A DNA stretch of 64,000 bases from the NCBI RefSeq assembly GCF_018350175.1, contig NC_058368.1:194930001-194994000 (forward strand), in the 5' to 3' direction. The notes beneath the pieces are model-generated. The model worked only from the letters and a program-made list of their open reading frames with translations, did not search any database and had not been told where the DNA came from. A program made the position numbers and the translations under genes. The first letter of the stretch is position 1, and each line of letters starts with the position of its first letter. Positions 12,691 through 24,488 of the stretch are shown piece by piece. This DNA is from Felis catus. Taxonomy: Eukaryota.

Positions 12691-13900
12691 GAATAGTCCA
12701 TTGGAATCCACCCCAGGCTGCCTACACTTGCACACATCACCTCCCTTAAGATTTACATCCTAGGGAGATGGGCCGATGGGAAAAGTCCATTTCCTTTTAC
12801 TGATGAGGAAACTGAAACCCTGAGAGGAGCAGTGATTCATCCAAAGCCTCAGCCAATAAGTGCCAAAGGCAGGTGACCTCATTCCATGCAGGGAAGTCAA
12901 AAATATCCGGGACAAAAGATGAAATGGGGGGCGGGGGGAGAAGTGCAGAGAGAGTGGCAAAATGGTGTTTACGATAAGATCCCATTTTTATTTTTTTAAT
13001 GTTTTATTGTTCTCATATGGGAAAAAGCAGTCTAGAGAAATGGACCCGAAACTGTTCATAGTTGTTATTATCTCTTGAGAATGAGACTATGGGGGGCTTT
13101 TCTTTCCTACATTAAATATTTTGGTAATGCTTGAATGTTTCACAATAATGTATTACTTTTGAAGGCTGAAAAAATAGATTTTCTATAAAGAGATATCAGA
13201 GAGAATGGGAACACAATCAAACTTAGAGCCAACCTAAATAAAAGACACATGTACCAGGTAGGGAAAAAAGACTTTTGCAGTGGTCTGAACCAGTGGCCAG
13301 TTGATTGGTTTTCTCTGAATAAAAATGAACCTAGAGGCTGAGTCTGTTCGGTGTGTTTGGAAGAATTTTCTGAGCAAACAGAAGTAGGTTTTCCTACTGA
13401 AGTCACTGTTCTAGAAGTAAGATGTCATTGGAAAATGGAAGGCCAGAGTTACATTATAGACTTGGGTTTTTAGAACCAGTGATAGATGGAATATATTTTC
13501 ATCGGCGTGATTGAAGCCCTAACCAGTTCTTTTTGTAATTTCATAAAATCCTCATGGCCTTAAAAAAAAAAAAGTTAGAGATGGAAAGAATTATCTGACC
13601 CAATCCCTTCAATTCCCAGGGAGGAAAAGAGGCCACAGGGAAAAGGATCTGTCTAAAGTCAACAGTGAATTGATGCCCAGCCCAGACAAGGACCAAGGAC
13701 TCTAAGTCTCTTTTCACTATGACAATTTTCCCTTACACCTAAAGACTGTTCCACTGGTAGTGTGCATGACAAATTTCAGTGGTACAGGATAATTTTCTTT
13801 TATTTCACTAATCATGAATTTTATTTTACTAAGTACTAGAATTTACCAATTTCATTATAATATTAGTAGTTTATATTACTAAAAACTCAAAGGTAAATTA

Positions 13901-14095
13901 GGGGCACCTGGGTGGCTCAGTTGGTTTAGCATCTGACTCTTGATTTCGGCTCATGTCATGATCTCACTGTTTGTGAGTTCAAGACCTGCATTGAGCTGTT
14001 AGCACAGAGCCTGCTTGGGACTCTCTCTCTCTCCATGTCTCTCTGCCCCTCCCTACTCACACTCTCTCTCTTTCTCTCAAAATAAATAAATAAAA
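13901..14095 (+). mobile_element. CAN-SINE (element S1 of a triple cluster)
   Basis: ggggcacctgggtggctcag...ctctcaaaataaataaataaa. Confidence 0.95.
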
Positions 14096-14281
14096 ATTTT
14101 TTAATGTTTATTTAAGAGAGGGTGTAAGGTGCAGAGAGAGAGGGAGACACAGAATCCAAAGCAGGCTTCAGGCTCTGAAGTGTCAGGACAGAGCCCGACA
14201 TGGGGCTTGAACCCACGAACTGTGAGATCATGACCTGAGCTGAAGTTGGACACTTAACCAACTGAGCCACTCAGGTACCCC
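14096..14281 (-). mobile_element. CAN-SINE (element S2 of the triple cluster)
   Basis: ttttttaatgtttattt...actgagccactcaggtacccc. Confidence 0.95.
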
Positions 14282-14336
14282 TTCACATGCTATTATTTAA
14301 TTTACCTTTTTAAAAAGTTTATTTATTTATTTTGAT

Positions 14337-14487
14337 GGGGTACCTGGGTTATTTTGTTGGAGCACCTGGGTGGCTCAGTCGGTTAAGCATCTGACTTCAG
14401 CTCATGATCTTGCAGTTTGTAGGTTCAAGCCCCACATCGGGCTCTGTGCTGACGGCTCAGAGCCTGGAAACTGCTTCAGATTCTGTA

Positions 14488-14530
<43 letters not shown>

Positions 14531-14590
14531 TCTCCCCTGCTCAGGCTCTGTCTCTCTCTCTTTCAAAAATAAATAAACATTAAAAAATAA
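14337..14590 (+). mobile_element. CAN-SINE (element S3 of the triple cluster) with a duplicated 5' junction
   Basis: ggggtacctgggt, then ggagcacctgggtggctcagtcggttaag...(CT)n...aaaaataaataaacattaaaaaa. Confidence 0.95.
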
Positions 14591-17149
14591 AATAACAGCA
14601 TGTGAATTGGGCAAAATTGGTCATATGCTATGCAAGCCATTTGGGTTTCAAGAATGCTGTTCTTCACCATTCCATCTTAAACACTGCCCTTGGATTGAAT
14701 GGAAAATGCCAGAAGGACTTGTGAAACCTAGTCAGTTCTGAGCAAAGCCTAACTACCTTTAAGTCTCAAACGGCTTCTCAGTGTGAGTCATGGACATGGG
14801 CTGCTATTTGAATTTAAATAGTTGAAGGAAAGATGGCACGTTTGGGTAGTAAGTAGGCACACTCAGCAGACAGCTCATGCATAGCAGGGACAGGGTCACC
14901 AACAAGGACCTATTTAAACTACAGTTTTCTATTCCCTTCTCATGTTAAAACATCTGTGCTCCCACCCTTTGCCTTATGAACAGAAATTCCTCTAAATAAT
15001 GTTTATAATATTATCTGATAACATGAATTTAGAATCTACTATATGCCAAGAACTTTTCTAAAAGCTCCAGATGCATCAACCATTTAATCTTTAAAGCAAC
15101 TCTATTAGGTAGGTACTGTTACCATCCCCGTTTTGTGGACGAGTACACCAAAGCGGTGATTTTTACCAATCTAGGATACCTTGAGCCCAATCCATTTCAA
15201 AGTCTTCATAGGTGGGAAGACATTGCACAAACCTCTCCAGAGAGGTGTAGGAGGAGGGTGGAGAGAGTAGAGGAAGAAAACTGAGAGACTCATCCCAAGT
15301 CATAGCCCTTCCCATGAGGAAAGAGGGTGGGGAGAACTTGACAACACATTTCCCCTCAGTTCTGCCACCGAAAGTCTTGATTTCCTTTCCATCCATCACC
15401 ATTTGTCTCATGAAGAGACAAAAGAGAATAAGAAATAATATGGCGCAAGACATAAAACATGGGGAGGGGAGGGGTGTCAAAATGAGGGGGTGAAGAAAAG
15501 GAGAGACAAACAAAGTAATCAAGAGGGAAGAGTGCTAACTCAGGTCTCCTCCGGGTTCGGCCAAGAACTCCCTGTGTAAGTCTCCCTCCCTTTCTGGTCC
15601 ACAGTAGTCTCATTTGTAAAATGGACAAGAGGACTGGACTAGCTGACTTTTAAGATCTCTCTCAGCGCCAACAGTCTAGGTTCAGAAACACATGAAGGAA
15701 AAGGAAGAAGGCAGAAGGCCAGAAGGGAAGAGAAAGGTAGGTGGGAAAAAGCAAATGCTAAGGAGGAATGATGAAAGGGGAAGGAAACAGGAGAAAGGAG
15801 AGAAGGTACTTCCCAAAGCAGATGGAGTCTGCTTTCTTGTTGAAAGAGGAGAAGAAAGACTCTTGTATCAAGAATTATAGCAATAAAATCTTTATCCTCA
15901 GGCAATCAGCTCCATGCCTCCCCCTGGTGGGAGCCATGACTGATGGTGGTGAAGGGTCTGAAGCAGCCCTGGGAGGCGGGAGGGGACTGCCTGGTTCTGG
16001 ACGTCTAGGAAGGAGGACAGCGCCTCCCATGTGGGCCTGACAATGGACAATGATGATTAGCATATTCCCAGGCTCTAGGGCATGTCCTGGGGAAAAGACT
16101 AGAGGATGTGCCCAAGGGAGCTACAGCTGCAACATTATCACCTTGTGCCTGCAAGGATGTGATCCTGGGAACCTCCAGAGGATATCCCAGGCCAGCAAGA
16201 GATCTTCCAAGGTCATCTTGTCCAACCTCCTGCCTCTAAGCATCTCTTCCCTAATAGCCCCATGCCAAAGAATTTAGCACAGAATGACACTTGGTCCTAT
16301 TCTCTAGTTTTCATACTTGTCTGAACCATCCCTGGCCTTGAGGCTCTTGAAGACAAAGGCAGTGCCTCTGGTTGATTAAATGTACCCTTAATCCACAGGG
16401 CACAGTGCTGGGCACCCAGTGGGCTCGCCAAACCTGTCTGATAATTGGTCAGTAGGTGAAATGGCTCTAATCTCTCTCTCAACAATATCTAGCCTGCTGC
16501 TTAGCATTTTAGTCTAAACATTCTTCCTTTTGTTTATTCAAAAAAAAGGAAGCATGCTTCAAAGTCCAACCTGTCATTTGCCTGAGAGGACAGAGCTGGC
16601 AGATACCTGCCTCTGTAGAAGTAAGGTAGAATACCCACTCTGCTGGTGACATCTCCAAATCTGGAACTGACCCCAGTGAAAAAGTGAATAGACAGTGTCA
16701 CTACATAAATGAGAACCACAGGTGCAAAGACAAAGACCATAGATCATTGTTGGCTTGACATACAATGAGCAACTTGCATATACCAGGTATTTGGCTAAGC
16801 AACTTATCCGAATTTTTTATGCTTCCCAACAATCCTAACATTAGCATAGAATATTCCTAGTTTACAGGGGAAGAAACTAAGGCTCCGGAATGTTACACAA
16901 CTTTCAAGGTCATAAAGTAAGTAGTGAAGTCACAAGTCTAGCCCACTCCTCAGCTGGCTCATCCTCACACATTGCTCAAAGTTCAGCCTATCCAAGAACA
17001 CTTCCGGCAACAAGAAACCACCTACTTGTGTTGCATCTTCCATTATTGAGCATTGTTTGACCAGCTGATCAAAACAGCCTTTCCTCACACGTGTCGGGCA
17101 GCCACCTCCCTCTCTGAAAGGCCCATCCATCTTCTCTGGCCACCTGGAA

Positions 17150-17400
17150 CAAGTCAGTGGGCTGTAAAAGGTGCCTCAGCTATGGAATCAGAAAAATCTG
17201 GTTCTGTTCCTACCTACCACCTCCCAGCCACGTGACTTTCAACCAAGTCACTTCTGCCGTCTGGGCCTCGGTCTCTTCATCTGTGCCATAGGAACACAAA
17301 TAGGTACCTCGCCTAGAGTTTGGGAGAAGAAAAAATAAATAATGCTTGCAAAGGCCTTACCTCAGTGCCAGGCAAACAGTAAATATTCAAGAACATTATT
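17150..17400 (+). mobile_element. MIR SINE
   Basis: ggaatcagaaaaatctggttct...caagtcactt...gcctcggtctcttcatctgt...agtgccaggcaaacagtaaatattcaa. Confidence 0.7.
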
Positions 17401-17922
17401 TTACCGAGTCCCTCTTCCCCATGACAACCCAACAGAGATTTGTAAAAAATGATCTTTCTGCCTAAATCTTCTCTGAGCCAAACACCCACAGAGTCTTTAA
17501 TTATTCCTTACAGGTCAATTTCAAGTTTGTTTACCAGCCCTGTTGTTCCTTTCTGGACCTGCTCCAACCTGTTAATGTCCCTCTTAAAATGCAGGGCCTA
17601 CAATGGAATATAATAAATTAGCCAAGATTTGAAGCACAACCCACATCCCATGTTTCCTGCCATACCTGCCTCTTTTAGTCTTCATATTTTTCTGAAGCTC
17701 TTCAGAATGATTAGGTGTAACCTAGACTGGCATAAAAGTTTAGTGAAGAATGTTTGACTCTCACAAACAAAAACTTCAATTTTTATTTGTAATAATGGCT
17801 AACACTCTAAGTGGTTTCTATGTGTCTGGCACCTCAGCATTTGACACACATTTTCTCTTTTAACCCCAACAATCCTAGGAACACATTATTACCCTCCTTT
17901 TTCTGATAAAGAAATAGTTTTG

Positions 17923-18140
17923 GGGGCACCTGTGAGGCTCAATCGATTAAGCATCTGACTTCAGCTCAGGTCATGATCTCACGGTTCATGGGATCGAGCC
18001 CCGCGTCGGGCTCTGTGCTGACAGCTCAGAGCCTGGAGCCTGCTTTGGATTCTGTGTCTCCCTCTCTCTCTGCCCCTCCCCTGTTTTCACTCTGTCTCTC
18101 TGTGTCTCTCAAAAATAATAAATAAACGTTTAAAAAAAAA
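17923..18140 (+). mobile_element. Felid CAN-SINE inserted in an antisense MIR (MIR about 17790-18230)
   Basis: ggggcacctg...gggatcgagccccgcgtcgggctctgtgctgacagctcagagcc...aataaacgtttaaaaaaaaa. The MIR core resumes at gaggttaagtgacttgcccaagatcacacagc. Confidence 0.95.
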
Positions 18141-18669
18141 GTGACTAAAAAAAGAGGGAGAAAGAAACCGTTGTGAAGAGGTTAAGTGACTTGCCCAAGA
18201 TCACACAGCTATGTGGCAGATTGGAATCTATCATGCTATACTACCTCTCATACCAAGCATTTAGGGGATGTTTATTATATATAAGTAGTTTCAGGGATAA
18301 AAAAAAATTGGATATGATACAGGCAGAAGACATAGGCCAGGGCAATTTAAATAACTTAAAAAAAAAAAAAGACATATTACACCTGCAACATGGGACTTCT
18401 GAACTATACTATCACAATGGTCTCTCTTCTCCCCTCTAATACACTCCAATGTCTATGGCTTCTTGGGCAGTATGAGTATATGGAGAAAAAAGAAAAAGGT
18501 AGAAGCAGTCATCTCTCGTCTTTTAACTTTCACTGCCCCACCAATTCCTTCTGCCCTTGACCCTTTACCAGACTCCACCTTGTGAAGAGTTTTCAATGAG
18601 GAACCTGCTGGTCCTGGGGTTGGAGGAGAAGGGAAGTCCCTTTACACTGGTGTACTCTCTCTGCCTTAG

Positions 18670-19120
18670 AAATAGTCATACTCTTTGACTCAGCACTTTT
18701 GCTTGTAGGACATGAACAGAGGTTTGTGACCAAGGGAGGCTTTCACAGCATAATTTATAACAGCTAAGAAGTGAAAATAATATGAACGCCCATCAATAGA
18801 AGGACAGCTACATGAATGCTAACACACCGACATAGGCAGTCATTAATAATAATGTTTCTAGAGGTTTAATAACAAGAGAAAATTTTCATTTAGAATCTTC
18901 AGTAAAAAAAAAAAAAAGGCAGGAAACGAAACCAATTATAATCTGTAGAGGAAAAGAGAAAACCCAGAAGAAATGTACTAATGTGTTAATAGTAGGTATC
19001 TAGATAATGGAATTTCCAGATGGGTTTGGTTTTGTTTTGTTTTCTCCTTGAACCTCATTGTATTTTCCCAATGTGCATTTGTTGTTTTAACCATCAGAGA
19101 AAAATGTTTTTTTAAATGGC
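18670..19120 (+). mobile_element. Ancient L1 (L1ME-like) 3' remnant
   Basis: catactctttgactcagca...cacagcataatttataacagc...gcccatcaatagaaggacagcta resembles degraded L1 3' sequence. Confidence 0.55.
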
Positions 19121-21844
19121 TGAAAGAATCTGGCCTGAGGGCAGCCAGCCAGCTTGTAAAGAACAGTTTTGGCCACTGGGCACTTTCCATCCAAGCAGCA
19201 CCAATTACTACTCCGCCACCATCAGATCATCTTAATCCCATTGATTGAAATGCCAGAGTAATGCTATTAATTTACCACATGACAGATAAATTACTAACAG
19301 CGTAGTAGAAGGATCCCCCGGGGAGTGTTCCTTTAGGTGTGACCGTGGGTGGTCCTTGAACATTCAAGTGCAAAGCACAAAGAAGCCTCCAGAAGTTCAT
19401 CTGTTTATCCCTCATGATAGAGGCTAGATCAACCAATTCTCTCTGAATCAATACAAATTGCATTGGACATTCACAGTGTGCCAGGCACTAAAATAAGCAT
19501 TACTAAAGAATTATGTATTCTTTACATCCCCCATGAGCAACAACTACTATTACCCCCATTTTACAGATGCAGACACAAACACAGGACAAGTTACTTGTCC
19601 AAGGCCACTCAGCCAGTAAATGGCAGAGCCTGAAATTGATGGCACAGTCCATGGAGCCTGCCCCTGTTTCAGTCCAGAAGTGAGTTTCTATTTGTGGAGT
19701 ACCTCGTGCTTTCTTCAATGTGACTTCAAATAGTAAATATACAACTTAGCACAGAAGGTGACTATACTCTATGGATGAGTAAACTGATGCTTAAATATGA
19801 TGCTTAAGTATGATAAAGGGTTTGCCCAAGATCACACAAGAAAGGAACAGGCACAAGTCAAACCCAGGATTTCTGACAACATCCACAGCTTACCCCATTT
19901 CCCTGAGCTGTTTCTCTTTGCCTCTGAGACACACAGCAAGAAGCAGGAAGCAATGGAATTTGGCCCCCTGTGGGGTCCCCCAATGAGCTACAAAGAGGTG
20001 ACCCTGCTGCAAGATCCTACAGGGTAGAATGGAAAGAAACCCAGAAGGAAAAGAAAGATTCAGCAGCGACCCTCACGTTCCTTCTGCCATTAAACCTCCT
20101 TCATCTTAAAACCAGAAAGGACACCTTGTCCTTCCCTCATCATCCATCTACCTTCCTTATGTCTCATCGGGCATCACAGGCTTCACGGACACATCTTGTC
20201 CTGACTTCTCCTCAGTGAATATTTCTTACAGAAGCTTATACTAAATGGAACAGGAACTTAACACAGTGCATATTCCAGTGAAGTGAGCTGTTTTAGCACA
20301 TGTGAACAGCTGCTCCAAAACTTATGCCCAAATCCCACCTCAGTTAGAGTCATGCATCAGTTCTGCCATCAAAGCACCTTGATTAGGTTATTTAGTCTCG
20401 CCAAGCCTCTGTTTCCTCATTTGAGAAATGGAGGAGAAACCAGTACCTACTTCATAGAGTTGCTGGATGAATTAGAAAGCACGTATGGAAAAGTTCTTGG
20501 CTCTGTGTGTGGCACCTAGAAAGTGTTCAAGCATTGGTGGCGATTGTTATTCTTAGCTAACCTCTGAGTCTGTTTCCTCTTCTCTAAGTTGGAGATGATC
20601 ATCCCTACTGACTTTGCAGAGCCGCAAGATGCAGTCATTAACTTATAGCAGGTGCTCAATAAATAAATGTCTTTTTTTTTTTAATGCCCAAGATGACCAG
20701 ATCTCATAATTCTATGACTCTTTTGCCTTCTTCTTCCCCAAGATTTTGGAACCTGCTGAGTGAGACAAAGATGATCCACCCCGCTGAGCATAGCTGCAGC
20801 TGTCTGTCTTAGAGGATTGGGGGAGGTGGGGTGGGGAATGAACAAGGGCTATTTAGAGCAGTCTCAGAACCCTGGAGCTTCCTGTAAAACTCTGTATTTA
20901 CATACAAATACCCACTTCAACTAAACCCTCTCAACTCACAGTTAAGTGCTCTCTTTCTGCAAACCAGTCACTCAGTCTATTAAAAGGCAGCTTCAGATTT
21001 GAATCCAAGCTGCTCTTTCTACAATTTGAGGTCTTTCTCCCTGAGAGCCCAGTGAGGGTTGTTTATTTTCTCAACATCCTTCTTTGAAATCAGTCTCCCG
21101 GATGCTTGAGGGCCACACACCTTCAAACTCCCTCCACTCATGAAAACCTCTGTTGAGTCTGGGATAAATAGCTCCCCTTTTGTGGATGCATTTCCTGTGG
21201 CTTCATCAAACCTACTTTCCACTGTAGGTTTGAACTAATACGGACTTGGGAGGGAAAAGTGATAAGCTGTTTCTAACAGCCCCGGATATTCAAGCACTTC
21301 CGCGTCTTCACGTAGGCTTTCCTCTTTTAGTTTGGGAGTTCATGCAAAGCAAGGGCTATGGCATATTCACTATCTATACAGTTAAGAGAGAAATTTGTCA
21401 GGTCAGAGGTACCTATAGAAGTTACTTAACCTCTGTGAAACTCAGTTTCCTCACCAGTAAAATGGGAGTCATGACCCCCTACCCACAGGATTATATTAAG
21501 GACTAACTATCAAAAGTAAAGCTCTTGGTGTAATGCCTGGCACTTTATAACTGCTCAACATAGGCCAGCTCTTATTATTAGATTATTTCTATTTTGCTTC
21601 ATCACCCAGTATAATCTCTGACTTACAGTAGGCACTGCATAAATCATTTGGGATAAATAAGTAAATAAATGAAGTAATAAATTAATACTATCTCAAATGA
21701 GATGATGATTACCTCAAAATGCCTGGTGAATGAAGAAGGCTGACTGACCTGAGAAGGGAAAGAACTTATTTTCACAGCTTCTGTAGAAGCACTGGGACCT
21801 TTGGCCATTCACACAACACCTGAAGTTGGTAAAGGCAGATTGTA

Positions 21845-22051
21845 TTTTTTTTTTATGTTTATTTATTTTTGAGAGAGAGACAAAGCATGAGCAGGGGACC
21901 GACAGAGAGACAGGGAGACAACAGAAACCAAAGCAGGCTCCAGGCTCCCAGCTGTCAGCACAGACCCCGACGTGGGGCTCCAACTCACAAACTGTGAGAT
22001 CATGACCTGAGCCGAAGTCAGACGCTCAGCCGACTAAGCCACCCAGGCGCC
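21845..22051 (-). mobile_element. Felid CAN-SINE (left member of a head-to-head pair)
   Basis: ttttttatgtttatttatttttgagag...gccacccaggcgcc. Confidence 0.96.
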
Positions 22052-22085
22052 TCAGTTCATTCATTTTTAAAATACAATCTGCCTT

Positions 22086-22211
22086 GGGGTGTCTGGGTGA
22101 CTCAGTCGGTTGAGCGGCTGACTTTGACTCAGGTCATGATCTCCCAGCTTGTGGGTTCGAGCCCCACGCCAGGCTCTGTGCTGACAGCTCGGACCCTGGA
22201 GACTGCTTCAG

Positions 22212-22264
<53 letters not shown>

Positions 22265-22300
22265 AACAAATAAACATTAAAAAAATTTTAAGTAAAAGAA
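22086..22300 (+). mobile_element. Felid CAN-SINE (right member of the head-to-head pair)
   Basis: ggggtgtctgggtgactcagtcgg...long (CT)n...caaaaacaaataaacattaaaaaa. Confidence 0.96.
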
Positions 22301-24329
22301 GTTTAAAAAGGAGTGAACTGAAATGAAAAACATAAATAAAACGAAAACGTTAATGCCAGAAACATTCCGAGAGAGAGAGAATTTAATGGTCAGGAAGGGT
22401 TTGCCCGTCCCCTTCCTGTCTTTTGGGAATGGCCACATAGTCAAGAAGCCCCCAAGCACATCTGGAGATGCCGGTCATGTTATGGCTCTGCCACCCGAGA
22501 CCCAGAGCAGGTCTCTTCCTCTTTCAGTGGAGCCTCAATGTCGTCACCTGTACACAGAGATGCTGTGGCAGGTATGGCGCAGGGAGCCAACGCAGTGATG
22601 GATTTGGAAGTGCCACGTAAACAGAAAGCATGATTTGTGTGACAGCGATCATCACACTGTTCTCAACCCACACTTTTCCAATTCCCAGAGTTCCAGGAAT
22701 TCCCACTGGTAGTTCCGAGAGTCATGCAAACATTTCATCACGAGATCACGAACCAGAGCAGGTCCTCAGAGGGACTTTGCAATCGCTATCACTTAGCAGA
22801 GTCAACAGAGTATAACGGTTAATACCACGGGCCTTACAGGCCAGTTGACTGGTGGCCTTGTCCCCCATAAGCCATCCAACCTTGCCTAAGTTTCTGAAAT
22901 TCAAGCTTCCTCATCTGTAATGATGTCATCTTCATAGGACTGTTGGGAAGTTAAATACAGCAACACACGTAAAGTACCCGGCACATAATAAGCATGGAGT
23001 GAATGGGAGCTCTTACATGTCTTTGCCCTGAGCTCCGTTCTCTGCAAAGACAGACTTTTCCAGTGAGATTCATCTGATTAAAAAGAAAGCTGCCTCGAAG
23101 GTAATGAGAGCTATTTGCTCTCCTGTCCAGCTCGTGGGACGCATGCTGATTACGCAGGGTCTGCTAAGAGCTTTGACTCTGGCACAGCAACCCCCATAGG
23201 CCTGTTCTCCAGCATCCACGTCTCTGAGGAATCCCCCTGGATTCCTCACACTGCAACTCAACTCGGGGGGACAGGTCGGGGCAGGGGGGTTGGGGGTGCT
23301 ACTTGACGCGCACAGGCTTAAGTCAAGTATTCTTTCACCGTGGAACCAGACAGCAGAATGGCACTGATGGTCAGAGGCTAGGAAAATTTCCCCAAGTGAG
23401 ACATATAGGAACAGTCAGGGCAAAGTGAGATGGTAGCTGTAGAATTGTGATCAGGGACCTAAGTGGGCAGAAATGTGAGGTTTATGCGTGAACGTAGGTT
23501 TGACCTAGGCCCCTGGCCCGAGTCAACTCCGTGGGAGGGATGCTCCCAAAAGAAAAAGAGTGGCTTCTTCCCCTATTTTCCTGCCTTGGATTTTCCCAGA
23601 GGACATCAGTATTTTCCCTAGGGACTGACTAAAGGTTTTGCGGCCAGAATTTGGGACTTTTTTACACCACTCAAGTCACATCACGGAGGCCCAGTACCTG
23701 CACAGCTAAATTCTGCTCCCCCTGGAAAGCCAGCTGCTGGTCCCCCCATTTAACAAATATCTACTGGGCCCTGACCACATGGCAGGCTCTGTGCTCATGG
23801 AAATCATACTTATTAAGAGCCTGGATAGAAACGCGGGGGGAAAAAAACATTCCTTCAAGGTCTTGCCTACATAACACCTTGATTGCCCCTATCCCGAGGA
23901 CGAGGAAGGCCAGAGAGCAGAAGGTTGAGCTTGACCCAGAAAGCACCAAGGGCTGCTGTGATTCCAGCCTTAAAACAGACACAGGGAGTCAGGAGAAGAG
24001 AGGCAAGAGGAAGGAAAACACTGACGTAAGTTAGGCAAATGCAGCAAGGTGCGCTGCAGCTGGATCACCACGCAGTTTAGCCTTAATTGTCTCTTCTGTA
24101 AAATGGGACAGACATCTTACCTCTCAGGCTGTTGGCAGGATAAAATGAGATAAAACATGCAGTACCGTTTCTTGCCACCAGACAAAAAAGATAAAAACAA
24201 AGCTTTTTAGAAATCAAATGAGAGGCTGTCAGAAGTCTAGACTCCCCCTCCAGGTAAATGTATTCAATTACCTACAGGAAACCCTACCCGAGATGGAGCA
24301 GGTTTGATGTTCTCTGATGCTGTACTGTA

Positions 24330-24488
24330 GCGGGACCAGGAAAGACTAGGGTGAGGCAAGTGAGACTCCCGAGACACAAAAGTTAAAAAGGTGCTCTGTC
24401 TCGGGCCCCTACACAGGCACGGTCGGCAAAGCCCTGACAGTGAGTGCCTCCTTCAGTCTCGCTAGGTGCCTCCTTCCCTGACCCTGCT
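24330..24488. mobile_element. Small hAT-type MITE (MER96-like)
   Basis: 5' end gggaccagg...gactagggtgaggcaagtgagac and 3' end gtgcctccttccctgaccctg, with degenerate inverted ends. Family name is from memory. Confidence 0.5.
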
